Of a stretch of 64,000 bases of DNA, positions 49,149 to 60,471 are shown in pieces (the first letter of the stretch is position 1; each line of letters opens with the position of its first letter). The stretch lies in NCBI GenBank assembly GCA_963728565.1, contig CAVSLC010000006.1:32001-96000 (forward strand), in the 5' to 3' direction. Origin of the DNA: an uncultured delta proteobacterium. Lineage in GTDB: Bacteria; Desulfobacterota; Binatia; UBA9968. The notes under the pieces are model-generated. The model saw nothing but the letters and a program-made list of their open reading frames with translations, was not told the DNA's origin and made no database searches. A program made the position numbers and the translations under genes.

Positions 49149-50138
49149 ATGTTCAGAGCCGTTGTCTCTATAGCATTTACTTTTTCGTTGGTCGTCACCC
49201 ATCCGTTTCTCGCCTCGGCCCAGGAACGGGTGCGGGTCGGCTGGGCGGCGATGACGGCTTCGCACACGCCGCTTTGGGTGGCGCAGGAAAAGGGATTTTC
49301 AGTCAAGCAGGGTCTTGCGGTCGAGTCGATCTTTTTCGGCGCCGGTCCACCGGCGATGCAGGCGCTGGTCGCGGGCGATCTCGATATCGTCATCACGTCG
49401 GCGCCTAACGTAGTTAATCCCCGGCTCGGCGGCGCCGATACCGTGATGATACTGTCGATCATCCCGACTTTCATCGACCATATAATCAGCGCACCGAATA
49501 TTACCACCCCTGAGCAGTTGCGCGGAAAGATCGGCTCGGTCAATCGCTTCGGCAGTATTTCGGACATGGGGCTGCGGCTTTCACTCCGGCGCCTGGGCAT
49601 CGATCCGGAGAAGGACGTAAGGATTGTCCCCGCCGGCGGCAATCCCGAGCGGCTCGCGGCTATTTCAAAGAACATCTCGCAATTCACCATCATGAACGAG
49701 CCTTTCATAAAGGAAGCCGAACGCCTCGGCTATCGCGATTTAGTTAACATGGCAACGTTGAAGATCCCGCTGCACGGCAACGGCATCGTGACTACGGAGG
49801 CGATCATCAAGAGCAAGCGACCGATGGTGACGAAGTTTGTCCGCGCGATAACCGAAGCCATCCATTACGTCAAGAACGATAAAGAAGGGACCAAGGCGGT
49901 CATAGGCAAGTACACCAAGCTGACTGATCCCGAAGGCCTGGAGCGGACCTACAAAAATTACACTTCAGTTCTGCTGGAAGTGCCGTATGCCGACCCCACA
50001 GGTATAAAAACCTTGCTCGACGATATGGCGCCGCGCAATCCCAAAGCCGCATCGGCCGATCCCAAGGCGTTCGTTGATCCCACCTTTGTGCAGGAAATGG
50101 AATCCTCGGGGTTCATCAAGCAGCTCTACCGGCGCTAG
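49149..50138 (+). CDS. ABC-type substrate-binding protein, NMT1/SsuA-like
   Basis: RBS GAGGTG; PLWVAQEKG; QLRGKIGSVNRFGS. Confidence 0.88.
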   Translation: MFRAVVSIAFTFSLVVTHPFLASAQERVRVGWAAMTASHTPLWVAQEKGFSVKQGLAVESIFFGAGPPAMQALVAGDLDIVITSAPNVVNPRLGGADTVMILSIIPTFIDHIISAPNITTPEQLRGKIGSVNRFGSISDMGLRLSLRRLGIDPEKDVRIVPAGGNPERLAAISKNISQFTIMNEPFIKEAERLGYRDLVNMATLKIPLHGNGIVTTEAIIKSKRPMVTKFVRAITEAIHYVKNDKEGTKAVIGKYTKLTDPEGLERTYKNYTSVLLEVPYADPTGIKTLLDDMAPRNPKAASADPKAFVDPTFVQEMESSGFIKQLYRR

Positions 50139-50199
50139 CGTGACCCGGCTGCGCTGAGGGCGCCGATGCTGCTTCTCTTTAGAGTTTGAAAACTCGATA

Positions 50200-50472
50200 C
50201 CGGTAGTATTTAACCTCGGCTTTCGCCCATTCTTTCTTCTAAGCGGCGTATTCGCAGTCATCTTGATGGCTCTATGGATCCCCGCCTTCAGAGGCCGACG
50301 CGCCTTGAGCATTTACTACGGACAGATTGGTCGGCATAGCCATAAAATGATCTTCGGCTATACCGCCGGGGTCATCGCCGGCTTTTTGCTGACTGCCGTG
50401 CGCAACTGGACCGAAGACCGACAACAACTGGCGTTCTTTAGCCGCTCCGGTTTTCTCAGCTGGTTGTCCTAA
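50200..50472 (+). pseudogene. nnrS: NnrS N-terminal remnant
   Basis: LGFRPFFLL and H.MIFGY..GVIAGFLLTAVRNWT are NnrS signature segments; stop after ~90 codons. Confidence 0.75.
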
Positions 50473-50746
50473 GTGGCATGGTCTGGATTGCGGCCCTCCT
50501 GATGTTCGCGATCGTCTATGCGCCGATTTTTACCCGGCCCAGGACTGACGGGAAGCCCGGTTAAAATCCTGGGCAAAGGGTTATTACCTGTAGTAGAAGA
50601 GTCCCGAATATAGTGCTCCGGTCCGGATGCGGACGACCGTTTGACGGTGCGGCGGCGCTCGTATGCGAACGCGTGCAGCAAAGGTCGAAAATCACGCGCT
50701 TCTACATCAATATTCTTGCGACCTGCTTCCGCAAAGGAGTTTGAAA

Positions 50747-51742
50747 ATGACACTTCGTGCTTTGCTAACAGATGTTCGTCTCATGATCGTAGTTTTAAGC
50801 GTTGGCACTTCCTTTTCTGCTTCTGGTAATGCCGCCGAGAAACTCGTTGGTCTTCAGTCCGCGCCGAGCATGGCCATGGCGCTGCCCTGGGTAGCCGAGG
50901 AAGCGCGGCTTTACTCGAAATACGACCTCGACTTTCAACTGGTCTATATCGCCTCATCCGGCATCGTCACCGCGGCCATGAGCAGCGGCAGCGGCGCCGT
51001 GGCTATCGTTGGCGGTGAAGGACCGATTCGCGCTTTTCTGGGCGGCAATACCGATTTTGTCTTCATTGGCTCGGTGAAAAATGTCTTGACCCACAGCATC
51101 ATGGGCAAGCCCGACATCAAAAAACCGGATGATTTAAAGGGTAGGCGAATCGGCGTCGGACGGATCGGCGGCAACTCGCACTACTTCGCCCAGTACGGCT
51201 TTCGCCAGAAGGGTTTGGATCTAACTCGCGACGCCAACTTTATACAGACCGGCGGCGCGCCTGAAACGTTCCAGGCCTTAGCCTCGGGCGCGGTCGATGC
51301 CGCTTCGCTGACGACGCCGCAAGACACGCGAGCCGCCTTCATGGGTTACAATTACGTGATCGACGGGCGCGAATTAAGACCTCCGTACGTGGCCACCGGA
51401 TTCGTGACGTTGCGATCGGTCATTGCCAAACGACCGAAGGTCGTCAGTAGTTTCATGCACGCTATGGCAGAATCGCTCAAGCTCATGATGACCGATCGCG
51501 AACTGGCTTATCGGTTGATGGCAAGGAAAATTGGTCTCACCGATCGCAAGGTCTTCGACGCCGCTTATACCGCCGAAATGAAAGTTCTAGAGCCACGGCT
51601 AGATATCAAGGCCATCGCCATCCAGGCAACCCTCGATGAAATCGCCAAAACAGACCCGCGCGCCAAGCAAGTGAATGCAGCGCAGCTGATCGACCGCCGC
51701 TTTCTCGATGAGATGGAAAAGGACGGGACGTTCGGACGGTGA
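50747..51742 (+). CDS. ABC-type substrate-binding protein, NMT1/SsuA-like
   Basis: RBS AAGGAG; DLKGRRIGVGRIGGNSH; SGAVDAA. Confidence 0.88.
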   Translation: MTLRALLTDVRLMIVVLSVGTSFSASGNAAEKLVGLQSAPSMAMALPWVAEEARLYSKYDLDFQLVYIASSGIVTAAMSSGSGAVAIVGGEGPIRAFLGGNTDFVFIGSVKNVLTHSIMGKPDIKKPDDLKGRRIGVGRIGGNSHYFAQYGFRQKGLDLTRDANFIQTGGAPETFQALASGAVDAASLTTPQDTRAAFMGYNYVIDGRELRPPYVATGFVTLRSVIAKRPKVVSSFMHAMAESLKLMMTDRELAYRLMARKIGLTDRKVFDAAYTAEMKVLEPRLDIKAIAIQATLDEIAKTDPRAKQVNAAQLIDRRFLDEMEKDGTFGR

Positions 51743-51912
51743 AAGAGATTCAAGTCTCAATCGGCTAGAGGGCAGTAGATAAAAGGGCTGAGGTGGGATG
51801 ATCGGAGTGGATTTGCCCAATCTACACTTAAAGCACCTTTTATCGATGTCCCTCATATCGTTCAGCTTTCAATCTCTATGTCGGTGCGAGACACAAGCCA
51901 GATGATTCAACA

Positions 51913-54900
51913 TTGTCACGCCGCTTGCGTGTCAGAGACGACGGAACTGGCAAAGGCAGGGAAATCGACAGCACATTTGCAGAATTCGAGACGGAGGACG
52001 CGATCATTCTACTTGGCGATCCGGGAATGGGCAAGACAACGTTCTTTAAGGATGCTTGCCAACAGGAGATTATACGTACCGTCCGAAATTTTCTGATTGA
52101 TCCTCATGTCTGTTGCTGGGCAAGGCACTTTTCCTGGATGCTCTCGATGAATACAGAACGTATTGCAAGCGGGCAAGATGCGAGCAGCCGAAGCTTGCGA
52201 AAGAACTGTGCTGCCTTGAAAAAGCCGAAATTTCGGTTGTCGTGCAGAGCGGCAGACTGGTTCGGCTCGCCGGATCAAGAAGCTCTCAGGGTGGCAAGCG
52301 CATCCGGACGCATCATGGTTCTCGAACTGTGTCCACTCTACACGTGATGAAATTCTGAAAGCTGTAGCAGGAGATAGTTCCAGACCCCTTCTATTTCTGG
52401 ATGAAGCGGAATCAGCGGGGCTCGGAAACTTCTTGGCTAACCCGCAAACTCTTGAACTCGTCGCGCGGGCGTGGGGAACCAAGAAGAAGCCTCGGAACAA
52501 GTTCGAGGCATACGAGATAGGTGTTTCTGAACTGCTGAAGGAGATGAATCCTCAGCACGATTCGCGCGCGGCGTGCCCAGTCATCAATCTCGCTGATTTG
52601 CGGAAAGCCGCAGGCGCAGCCGCCTCCACCTTACTCCTTTCAAACTCGGTTGGTATCTCGCGCGCAGAGCCGGCGGACGGCGCTGGCTAAGTTAGGCTTC
52701 CAGTAGTGCCGTATTCGAAGAGAATCGACCTTGATGCCGTCTTAAGGCGACGGCTGTTTATTTCGTCCGAGGGGATCGGTTCGAGCCATCCACCGCAGAT
52801 TGCAGAGTTTTGGCGGCAGAGGATCTAGCTGCGCGCATCGCGAACGGCCTTCCGATTGATCGAGTAATGGCACTGATATGTGCGGTTGATGGAAGACCAG
52901 TTCATCGCTCCGAGGCTTTTCGCCTGGTTGATGTGCAAGCTTGGACATCTCGCCGAGAATTACGTCGAGCGTGACCCCTATGGAGTTGCGACGTACGGCG
53001 ACGCCAGCGTGCTACCACCAAACGCACAATGCGCTATCTGGGCTGGCCTTCGGGAGCTTCGCGATCCATGGTTTCTCACGAACGAGGACGATCGCGGCTC
53101 GTTCCGTGATCTCGCCAATCTCAATACAGTCAACATCATACGCGAAATTCTCCAAGACCCGACGACCGGAGTCATCTGAAAATCACCGCCTCGAAGCAAT
53201 CGCAAACAGCACAGAGAATATTCGGACTGAAGCGATTATACGTAGACATGGTGTTGGAAAAGCACGACAAACACGTGGCTAAGATCAACAGCTTTGAAGG
53301 GCCTTCGCCACATCAGTCCGGAAGCGATTGGAGGCGATGCTTGGAGGCTCTCGATCGTGAACTGGCCCAAGCAACCGATGATCCTCGCCGCTCCCGAAGT
53401 GCGAGTGGATCTTCTCCGCCTGACACAAGCATGCGGCAGACTGCCGGCCTGCGGTTGCTCTCGATCCATGGAACAGGCGGCTTCTGCCAAGGAGGAACGA
53501 CGCGTTTTCGGCCGCTTCTATTCACTAAGTCGCTCTGCCGTCGGATGCCGATTTGGACGTAATTCTCGACGGGGCATCTCGGGTGTTAATAACGGAGAGC
53601 AGGGATCGTTTCGAGCTTTCAGTCGCTCTTTGATGAGTGGTTAAAGCGGCGTCTTGAGAACCCTGCACCGATTACGCCCGTGCAGCTCGCCGGTTGGCTT
53701 CGGAAGCATATCGAGGCGGCAGGGAGCGCAGCCGGAGAAGAATCTGGCTCCTCTTGAAAGTCACGATTCGAACAGGATCCAGCGCTCTTTGAAGAGTGTG
53801 TTCAAATGGCTCGCTCATGCCATGGTTAAACGAGTACGGTCATTTTCGTTTTTCCTTGGCGTGGAGCTTTGGCAACTACTGCCAGCGACGGTGTGGCCCG
53901 TTCCCCAGTGTGAATTCTTCTTGGCGTACGCCGAGCAAGGAGAACGATCCGGAACGTGGGCAGACTTCTTCCGAATGTATTTGGCTTGGTTCCCGAGCGA
54001 GAGGAGCGTCCTGTCGCGCTGGCCGACGCCGGTTTTGAGCTGTTGGACCGCCGACCTGATGTTGCAAAATTGGGAATTGGAACGGTGCAAGATCGAAAAA
54101 TGGCGAAAGGAGCAGTCAAGAGGCGAGAAAAGGAGAGCCGTAAACTAGCGGCGAACCGCGCGCAGAATATTACCTATTTGACGCCGCGCCTGACGACAAT
54201 CCGAGCAGGAGGCGAGGAAGCCGCGCTTGCGTGGGCGGCACGTATCTATCTAGGAGTCTTCTACGATAATGAGAACGTTTCCGGCGCCACGGAGCGTTTG
54301 GTCACGTTGACAAATGAGGAGATCGCCGAGGCACTTGTTGAAGGGTTCATCCGGTACGTGGAACATGCGGACGATGCCGACATAAAGAAGCGGTGTTCAA
54401 TAGCTGGCGCGAACGTAATATTCTTTCCACGCACACGTTATTGAGTTTGTCGGTCTTTTTGCGACTCAATGCGGGCATGAGCGTGCCCGAGGAAGCGCTG
54501 CCGGCTTGTATTGCGGCGGTAGTTACAGTTCTGAATATCGGGGACAACGTGCCGGGCTAGTATGAAACATTGTCGGGATGGGTGATTGAGGAAGCACGCA
54601 CAGAATCCCTCAGTCGTCCGATCTGGGTCTACGCGAACTGTGGGTTACTAGCGCAACAAGATGGGATGGAAGCCTGCCGGGATTTTATGAGCTCAGCCAC
54701 GATCGCGGCTCTCATGCACTTTCTTGCGTCAGTTGTCGGCTGAGGTTCTCAAGACCGGGATCAATGAGGATCTACGACACAGTTGGCGAACTCGTATCAG
54801 TTCTTCTGCTCCATGATCGGCGAGCCGCCCTGGGAATCGGCGAGAACGAACTTGCGCGAAACGACATTATCGGCGGAAGTGCGGGCCATCTGGAACACGG

Positions 54901-55930
54901 CTCTTTTCATGATCGACCCGAATGAATATTTGGAGTGTTGGCGAACTTCATGTCCGGACGATGCGGCTCTACGGGAAGCCATTGAAGTCATCGCTCACAG
55001 AAGAAGGGTGTCAGTCTCACATCGCGCAACGACGGAATCGTTTCATCGGAAAATGATATCCGAATATGTGAATCCGATTGGCAGTCCGAAGGTGAGCCTA
55101 ATTGGACGGGCGGAATTTGTCGACCAACCAGATCAAGCTACTAGCCGCTGATGATTCACTGGACGTGAGCCCACTGAACGATTGGAGAATGACGACGGCT
55201 GGCAAGCTACCGCGATCTATCAGACATTAAAGGGCGCAGCACGAAAGCGGCAGCGTGAATCTAGCTTCACGTTTGCATCGGCTGAGCAAGTCGCAGAGGC
55301 TATTGGAAATCGCGCTCCTGCTACCCCAAGAGACCTTTTGGCCTTTATAGTTGATCACCTTGATGCTCTCTCGCGCGAATTGGCACGGACACAAAGAGAG
55401 AGATACCGCGCCTACTGGAACGAGAGTGGGCGGAAGCTCGTCAAGCCGAAACATGAAGAAGTTTGCTCGGGATTGTTGGCCGATGATCTACAGAACAGAG
55501 TGCAAGGCTCAAAGCCTTATCGTGACGGTGGAACACCACATGATTGCAGACAAGGAATGCGATCTCATGGTTTTGCAGGGGATCGAGCGGCTTTTGCCGA
55601 TCGAGGTCAAGCACCACTACCACGCTGAGTTTTGGAGAGCATGGCGCACCCAACTTGATCGTCTTTACACGCGGGACGCAAAGGCAGGTGGACTCGGCAT
55701 CTATCTCGTACTCTGGTCGGGTGAGGCAAAGGGCCGCATGATGCCTAAGCTTCCGACTGGAATTGAAACGTCCTATTAGCGCGGCCGAGCTTAGGAGTGC
55801 ACTTGAATCACTCATCCCGGAAGGAGATCGCCACCGGCTTCGCATTGTTGTCGTAGATATTTCGGGCCTTGATGTCCACCGCACTCGTTCGTGCTTAGAT
55901 TTTAAACCTCTCCGTGTCTTCCTCCGATAA
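51913..55930 (+). pseudogene. Disrupted NACHT/STAND NTPase with C-terminal PD-(D/E)xK-like nuclease (putative anti-phage)
   Basis: Across frames: Walker A LLGDPGMGKTT, Walker B LFLDALDEYR, RLSCRAADW, LANPQTL, C-terminal ECDL...PIEVK...QLDRLY...GIYLVLW; many frameshifts and stops; end coordinate approximate. Confidence 0.75.
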
Positions 55931-56651
55931 TCTTGCCCGTCACATGAGCGCTTTTAGGAGTTTGTGGCCGCTGAGTAGGCGACTGTCGGCCGATTGGCCC
56001 AACGCACCGCGCTGTACGTCGGCGCCGAGCTTGTACTTGAAAAATCTCTACTTCGATAGACTGGTTTAGGATGTCGAAACTCTCGAGTTTCTGGGAACGG
56101 AAGTTGGCGCTGATCATTTACTGCTCGGCACTGACTTTCCCTACGCGCCGGGGTATTGGATGTTCGTCGATAAGCCGAAGGGTTGCCTGGATCGGAAACG
56201 GAAAAGTAATTGATACTCGAAGGAAATGTGAGAAAGTTACTAAAAATCTCAGCTATCTGAACCAAAGGGAGCCCTAACGTTGCTTCACTGTTGATACATA
56301 AGGTAATCCAGTCCGAGCATTTCATTATGTGCTTTGTAGCAGCATTCGTTCAGGACCATTCGCAATCCCATTTAGTAGCTTGCTCGTCTCAAACTTGAAA
56401 CATCGGGCTTTAGTAACATCGGCCAACCGTGACGACTCCTGATGATGAGTTACTTAGCTGTGATATGAGCGTCTCTCCGTGACATCTCGTGTCCTGTCCT
56501 GGCGTGCCGCTATGACTCGCTGGAAAGCAGGCATTCTTAATGCACTCTCCAGTGACTGTATGGATCGAAACTCTGATATCTCCGGGTCTTTTCGAACTGG
56601 GAGTGATCGCCACTGGTTACGCGGCAGGCGCGTTTTGTCTGAGGATGCTTT

Positions 56652-56897
56652 ATGAACGCAGAAATTATCCTGAAGGACGAGGAAAAAGATTATCTCCTGC
56701 AGAGAGCTCCCGAAGGTTCACCGGTGCGCGCGATTCTAACCGGGGCTCGACCCGACGACAATCAACCGGCGTTAGTAATTTTCAGCTGTGATGAGCAGGC
56801 GGCGTATGCGCTGCTCGAAGTAGCAGAACACCACTGTGGCTGTGCCTGGAGAGTGATGCATTATCAGATGAGCAGACTCGGTCTTCTCCAACATTAA
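56652..56897 (+). CDS. Small hypothetical protein
   Basis: 81 aa, RBS GAGG, HHCGC motif. Confidence 0.5.
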   Translation: MNAEIILKDEEKDYLLQRAPEGSPVRAILTGARPDDNQPALVIFSCDEQAAYALLEVAEHHCGCAWRVMHYQMSRLGLLQH

Positions 56898-56909
56898 TCG
56901 GAACAACGT

Positions 56910-57149
56910 ATGCGGCCGGTAAATTACAAAGAACATGCAATAACGGTTCACGCGCAGTGGGATGCGCTCGGCAAATGTTGGTCATGCGATGCCACAGTTT
57001 GTGTGATGGAAGCAGGTCGCAGAACAAGCTCTACTGTCTTCGACACGTTTCGCAGGCATAAAATTAAGGCCAGGGCAGTGACCGCTATCCTAAATGTCAC
57101 CCGTCAGTGGATTGATGAGGGTAAACGCGATGACATTGCCGAGCAGTGA
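56910..57149 (+). CDS. Small hypothetical protein
   Basis: 79 aa, 12 bp after the previous ORF, ends RQWIDEG. Confidence 0.45.
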   Translation: MRPVNYKEHAITVHAQWDALGKCWSCDATVCVMEAGRRTSSTVFDTFRRHKIKARAVTAILNVTRQWIDEGKRDDIAEQ

Positions 57150-57303
57150 GATGCCAGGGTCATCATCAACCCTTCGGTATTTGTATGGTCGCGCCGGAGG
57201 GAGAGCCGAGTACGGGCACGAATCGGCCCATAGAATGTCATCAGCTTTGTCGGCACAGCTCGAAAGTTAAACCTAAAATGGTTTTCAAGCTAATGAGCCA
57301 AAG

Positions 57304-58557
57304 ATGAGAAGATCGATCTTTCTGCTTACGATGTTGGTGTTTGTGGGCTGCGCGAAGGTTTTAGCCGTCCGCAAAATTCCCGAGGTTATTTTCGGTGACG
57401 CAGCTTTTTTTCGCACGATCCAAGCCCATACCGGCGCACCCATAGTGGGCGGAAATCGCGTTGAAGTTCTACTTAATGGCGATGAAACTTTTCCGAGAAT
57501 GCTGCGCGATATCAAGAGCGCAAAATCCACAATCACATTCGCTCAGTATCTCTACGAAGATGGTTCTATCGCCCATGAACTTGCGCAGGCTTTTGCCGAA
57601 CGCTGCCGAGTAGGTGTCAAAGCAGACATTCTTCTGGACCGCCATGGATCGGGTAAAGTCCCGGCCGACATCATTCGCACAATGAAGGAGGCTGGCTGTC
57701 ACGTCGAATACTTTCGTCAGATTGAAGCGGACGGAATCATCTTTCCCTGGCGGTTGTTGCGCTACAATTACAGGAGCCACCGCCGAGTTTTAGTGATCGA
57801 CGGTCGAATCGGATTTACCGGCGGCTATGGAGTTAGTGACGCATGGACGGGTAATGGGCGTATGCCGAAGCACTGGCGCGATACCAACGTGCGAATCGAA
57901 GGTCCGGTAGTTAGCTTTCTGCAAACCGCTTTCGCCGAGAGCTGGCTCGAAACGACAGGCATCGCTATTGGAGGGGACGACTATTTTCCCCGCCTTGATC
58001 ACGCCGGCAGCACGCAAGCGCAAATCGTCAAGAGTTCGCCGCTGGGCGGCAGCTTTCAAAATTACATGCTCTTTCTCCTCTCGATCAACTCCGCTAAAAA
58101 GTCCATCTTCATTACCAATCCATACTTCATTCCAGATAGAGTCATGACCGATGCTCTCGTGAAAGCTGCCGGTCGGGGCGTACACGTAATTATTCTGACA
58201 CCTGGTACCATCGACAATCGATTCACGTATACGGCGAGTCGTAGTCATTATGGCCCTTTACTCTTGGGCGGCGTGGAAGTGTTTGAATACAAAGCCGCGT
58301 TCATGCATGCCAAGACTATCGTCGTCGACGGCGTATGGGCGACTATCGGCAGTACAAATATCGATAACCGCTCTTTTGCCTTGAATCAGGAAATCAATCT
58401 GACCGTTCATGACAGCACAGTGGCGCGCTATCTCGAAGAAATCTTTCGCGAGGATTTAAAGTATTCCGAGCCAGTGACTTACGAACAGTGGCAGTCGCGA
58501 GGTGTTTTTGAACGGCTCTTTGAATTCTTTTCTTTTCCAATCAAGGAGCAGCTATGA
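57304..58557 (+). CDS. Phospholipase D-family cardiolipin synthase (ClsB-like)
   Basis: NYRSHRRVLVIDG and MHAKTIVVDG..GSTN.DNRSF.LN.E; N-terminal lipobox-like VGC. Confidence 0.88.
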   Translation: MRRSIFLLTMLVFVGCAKVLAVRKIPEVIFGDAAFFRTIQAHTGAPIVGGNRVEVLLNGDETFPRMLRDIKSAKSTITFAQYLYEDGSIAHELAQAFAERCRVGVKADILLDRHGSGKVPADIIRTMKEAGCHVEYFRQIEADGIIFPWRLLRYNYRSHRRVLVIDGRIGFTGGYGVSDAWTGNGRMPKHWRDTNVRIEGPVVSFLQTAFAESWLETTGIAIGGDDYFPRLDHAGSTQAQIVKSSPLGGSFQNYMLFLLSINSAKKSIFITNPYFIPDRVMTDALVKAAGRGVHVIILTPGTIDNRFTYTASRSHYGPLLLGGVEVFEYKAAFMHAKTIVVDGVWATIGSTNIDNRSFALNQEINLTVHDSTVARYLEEIFREDLKYSEPVTYEQWQSRGVFERLFEFFSFPIKEQL

Positions 58558-58833
58558 TTCCTAAAATTCCCGACCGACAACGCAATCTTCGGTGTGGCTG
58601 CGTCTCCGCCGGCTTGCGCCAAATCACAACTACTTACTAGCAAAATCCTACGGAGAAACGCCAAGCCGGTGACCCTTGTCACGGGTATATCGTTAGGAAT
58701 TAGCGGGCTAGCTCTCGTAGGAACTTAACACGGACATTTACGGGACAGCTTTTCTTAACCTGTGTACATGAAGGTACTAGCCTATCGCGGATCAGCGGTA
58801 GTCATGGAGCAGTTGGACAAAGCTGTTGTTGAT

Positions 58834-58875
58834 CCGCAGGATTGAACTGAAGCGTCGTTCCGTTCAATCCTGCGG
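58834..58875. repeat. Perfect 14-bp inverted repeat
   Basis: CCGCAGGATTGAAC-14 nt-GTTCAATCCTGCGG. Confidence 0.7.
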
Positions 58876-58980
58876 GGAATGTCACTGCAGGTAGATTGGC
58901 GATATACAGATCAGGTATATTGAATTGGAATCAACGCTGACGAAAATTGATTGGCAACTCGTTGACAGGACATAGGAGGA

Positions 58981-59424
58981 GTGATGGCTCTGCAGCATCC
59001 AAACATGACAGTAGCGCATCGGCAGTTGACCGCCAAGGAGCGTCAGATTCTCGAGAAGCAGGTACTCGTTCACGCTGGCATCGTTTTGCCAGACGGGACA
59101 CCTCACGTATCGGCGATGTGGGTGGATCTGGACGGTGAGGATATCATTCTCAACACAGCGGAGGGACGGACCAAGGCCAACGTTCTGCGCGTGGGGAGCC
59201 CCGTCGCGCTCAGTGTCCTTGATCCTGAGAACCCCTACCGCAACCTCGGCCTGCGCGGCCGCGTCGTCGAGGTCATTAGTGAAGAGCGGGGGGCCGGCGC
59301 AGGGATCAACCGCCTTGCCAAGAAGTATCTCGGAGTCGAGGAATACCCGTATCGCGCCCCGGGAGAACGACGGGTGCAGTTCCGGGTGCGGCCCGAGGTC
59401 GTTAGCGGTTGGGGCAAAGACTAA
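58981..59424 (+). CDS. PPOX-class putative F420-dependent oxidoreductase
   Basis: PDGTPHVSAMW, NTAEGRTKANVL, DPENPY, LAKKYLG..EYP; RBS AGGAGGA. Confidence 0.85.
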   Translation: MMALQHPNMTVAHRQLTAKERQILEKQVLVHAGIVLPDGTPHVSAMWVDLDGEDIILNTAEGRTKANVLRVGSPVALSVLDPENPYRNLGLRGRVVEVISEERGAGAGINRLAKKYLGVEEYPYRAPGERRVQFRVRPEVVSGWGKD

Positions 59425-59897
59425 GCTGAGCGGTTTTGCTGGCAACTCCGGCGGAACAATACTAAATGAACCGCGTCGATGGTCATTGCAGCGGTCCGAA
59501 CTGAAGTTCAGTTTCAACGCTTGAGCATGTCGCGTGTATGTCGATGGAATAGACCTGTTATTCCGTGGGTACATTGCGCAATCGGTCGCAGAAAGGGGCT
59601 TTCAGCTTGTCGTCAGGTATCTCTCTGCTAAGAGACTGAAGGTTCTTGGTAAGAGCCGCGCTTTGAATGATCGGGCCAAAAATGATCATATTTCTGTGTA
59701 GCGTGCGGTAACTGCCCGGAATCTGGATAACGTCTCTCCCCATGTATGTCTTGATCCCTCCAACAAATTTTCTTATTTTTTGGATTCCACAGTGGCTTTG
59801 AGGCAGGTCTTCCCGGAGCGGTTGGAAGGCGAGCGCTTTGGCTGCCCAGGTTTACGGGACGGCAACAAACTACTACCACGAAAGAAAGGAACCCGAG

Positions 59898-60305
59898 ATG
59901 GATAAAGATCTGGCGGCGCAAAATTTAAAGGTTGTGGAGAACCATTTTCATAGCGAAGCGCTCAATGAAGTCGAAGCGGCGCTGGAGACTTTTACCGACG
60001 ACATCGTTTGGGAGGCGCCGGCGCCAAACGGCCTGAATCGCTCTTTCTCCGGAAAAGAAGCTGTCGCCAAAAATTATCGGGAGTTATTTGCGTCCATGCG
60101 CGATGTGAAATTTCAGTTTCTTCAGCGTTTTGCCACCGAGGATCGTGTGGTGGATGATAGCATGGTCACGTTCGAGGTTGTGCGAGATGGATACTGGCAC
60201 TTTCCTCTCGGCAGCAAAGTTGAAATGCGGCTGACTCATATCTTCGAGATGCGCGACGGGAAGATTTCACGGGAGATCGTCTTTGATATGGGGCGCGCTG
60301 TTTAG
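59898..60305 (+). CDS. SnoaL/NTF2-like protein
   Basis: FTDDIVWE, GKEAV..NY, HIFEMRDGKISRE; RBS AAGGA. Confidence 0.85.
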   Translation: MDKDLAAQNLKVVENHFHSEALNEVEAALETFTDDIVWEAPAPNGLNRSFSGKEAVAKNYRELFASMRDVKFQFLQRFATEDRVVDDSMVTFEVVRDGYWHFPLGSKVEMRLTHIFEMRDGKISREIVFDMGRAV

Positions 60306-60437
60306 TCTTCAGTTCAATCCGGCAGCCGGGGGAATATTCGAGAACGAGGAACGTTTAAACCACGTGCCCAGGAGCTGCTAACCCGAGGCTGCTTCTGATT
60401 GGCATTTTGTCTCCTGATTGCCGGCCAATTGTTTCTG

Positions 60438-60466
60438 TTGACATCGGCGTTCGGCTTTTTTAGATT
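60438..60466 (+). promoter_or_regulatory. Sigma70 promoter TTGACA-17-TAGATT
   Basis: Near-consensus; ATG follows 5 nt after the -10 box. Confidence 0.65.
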
Positions 60467-60471
60467 CGGCC

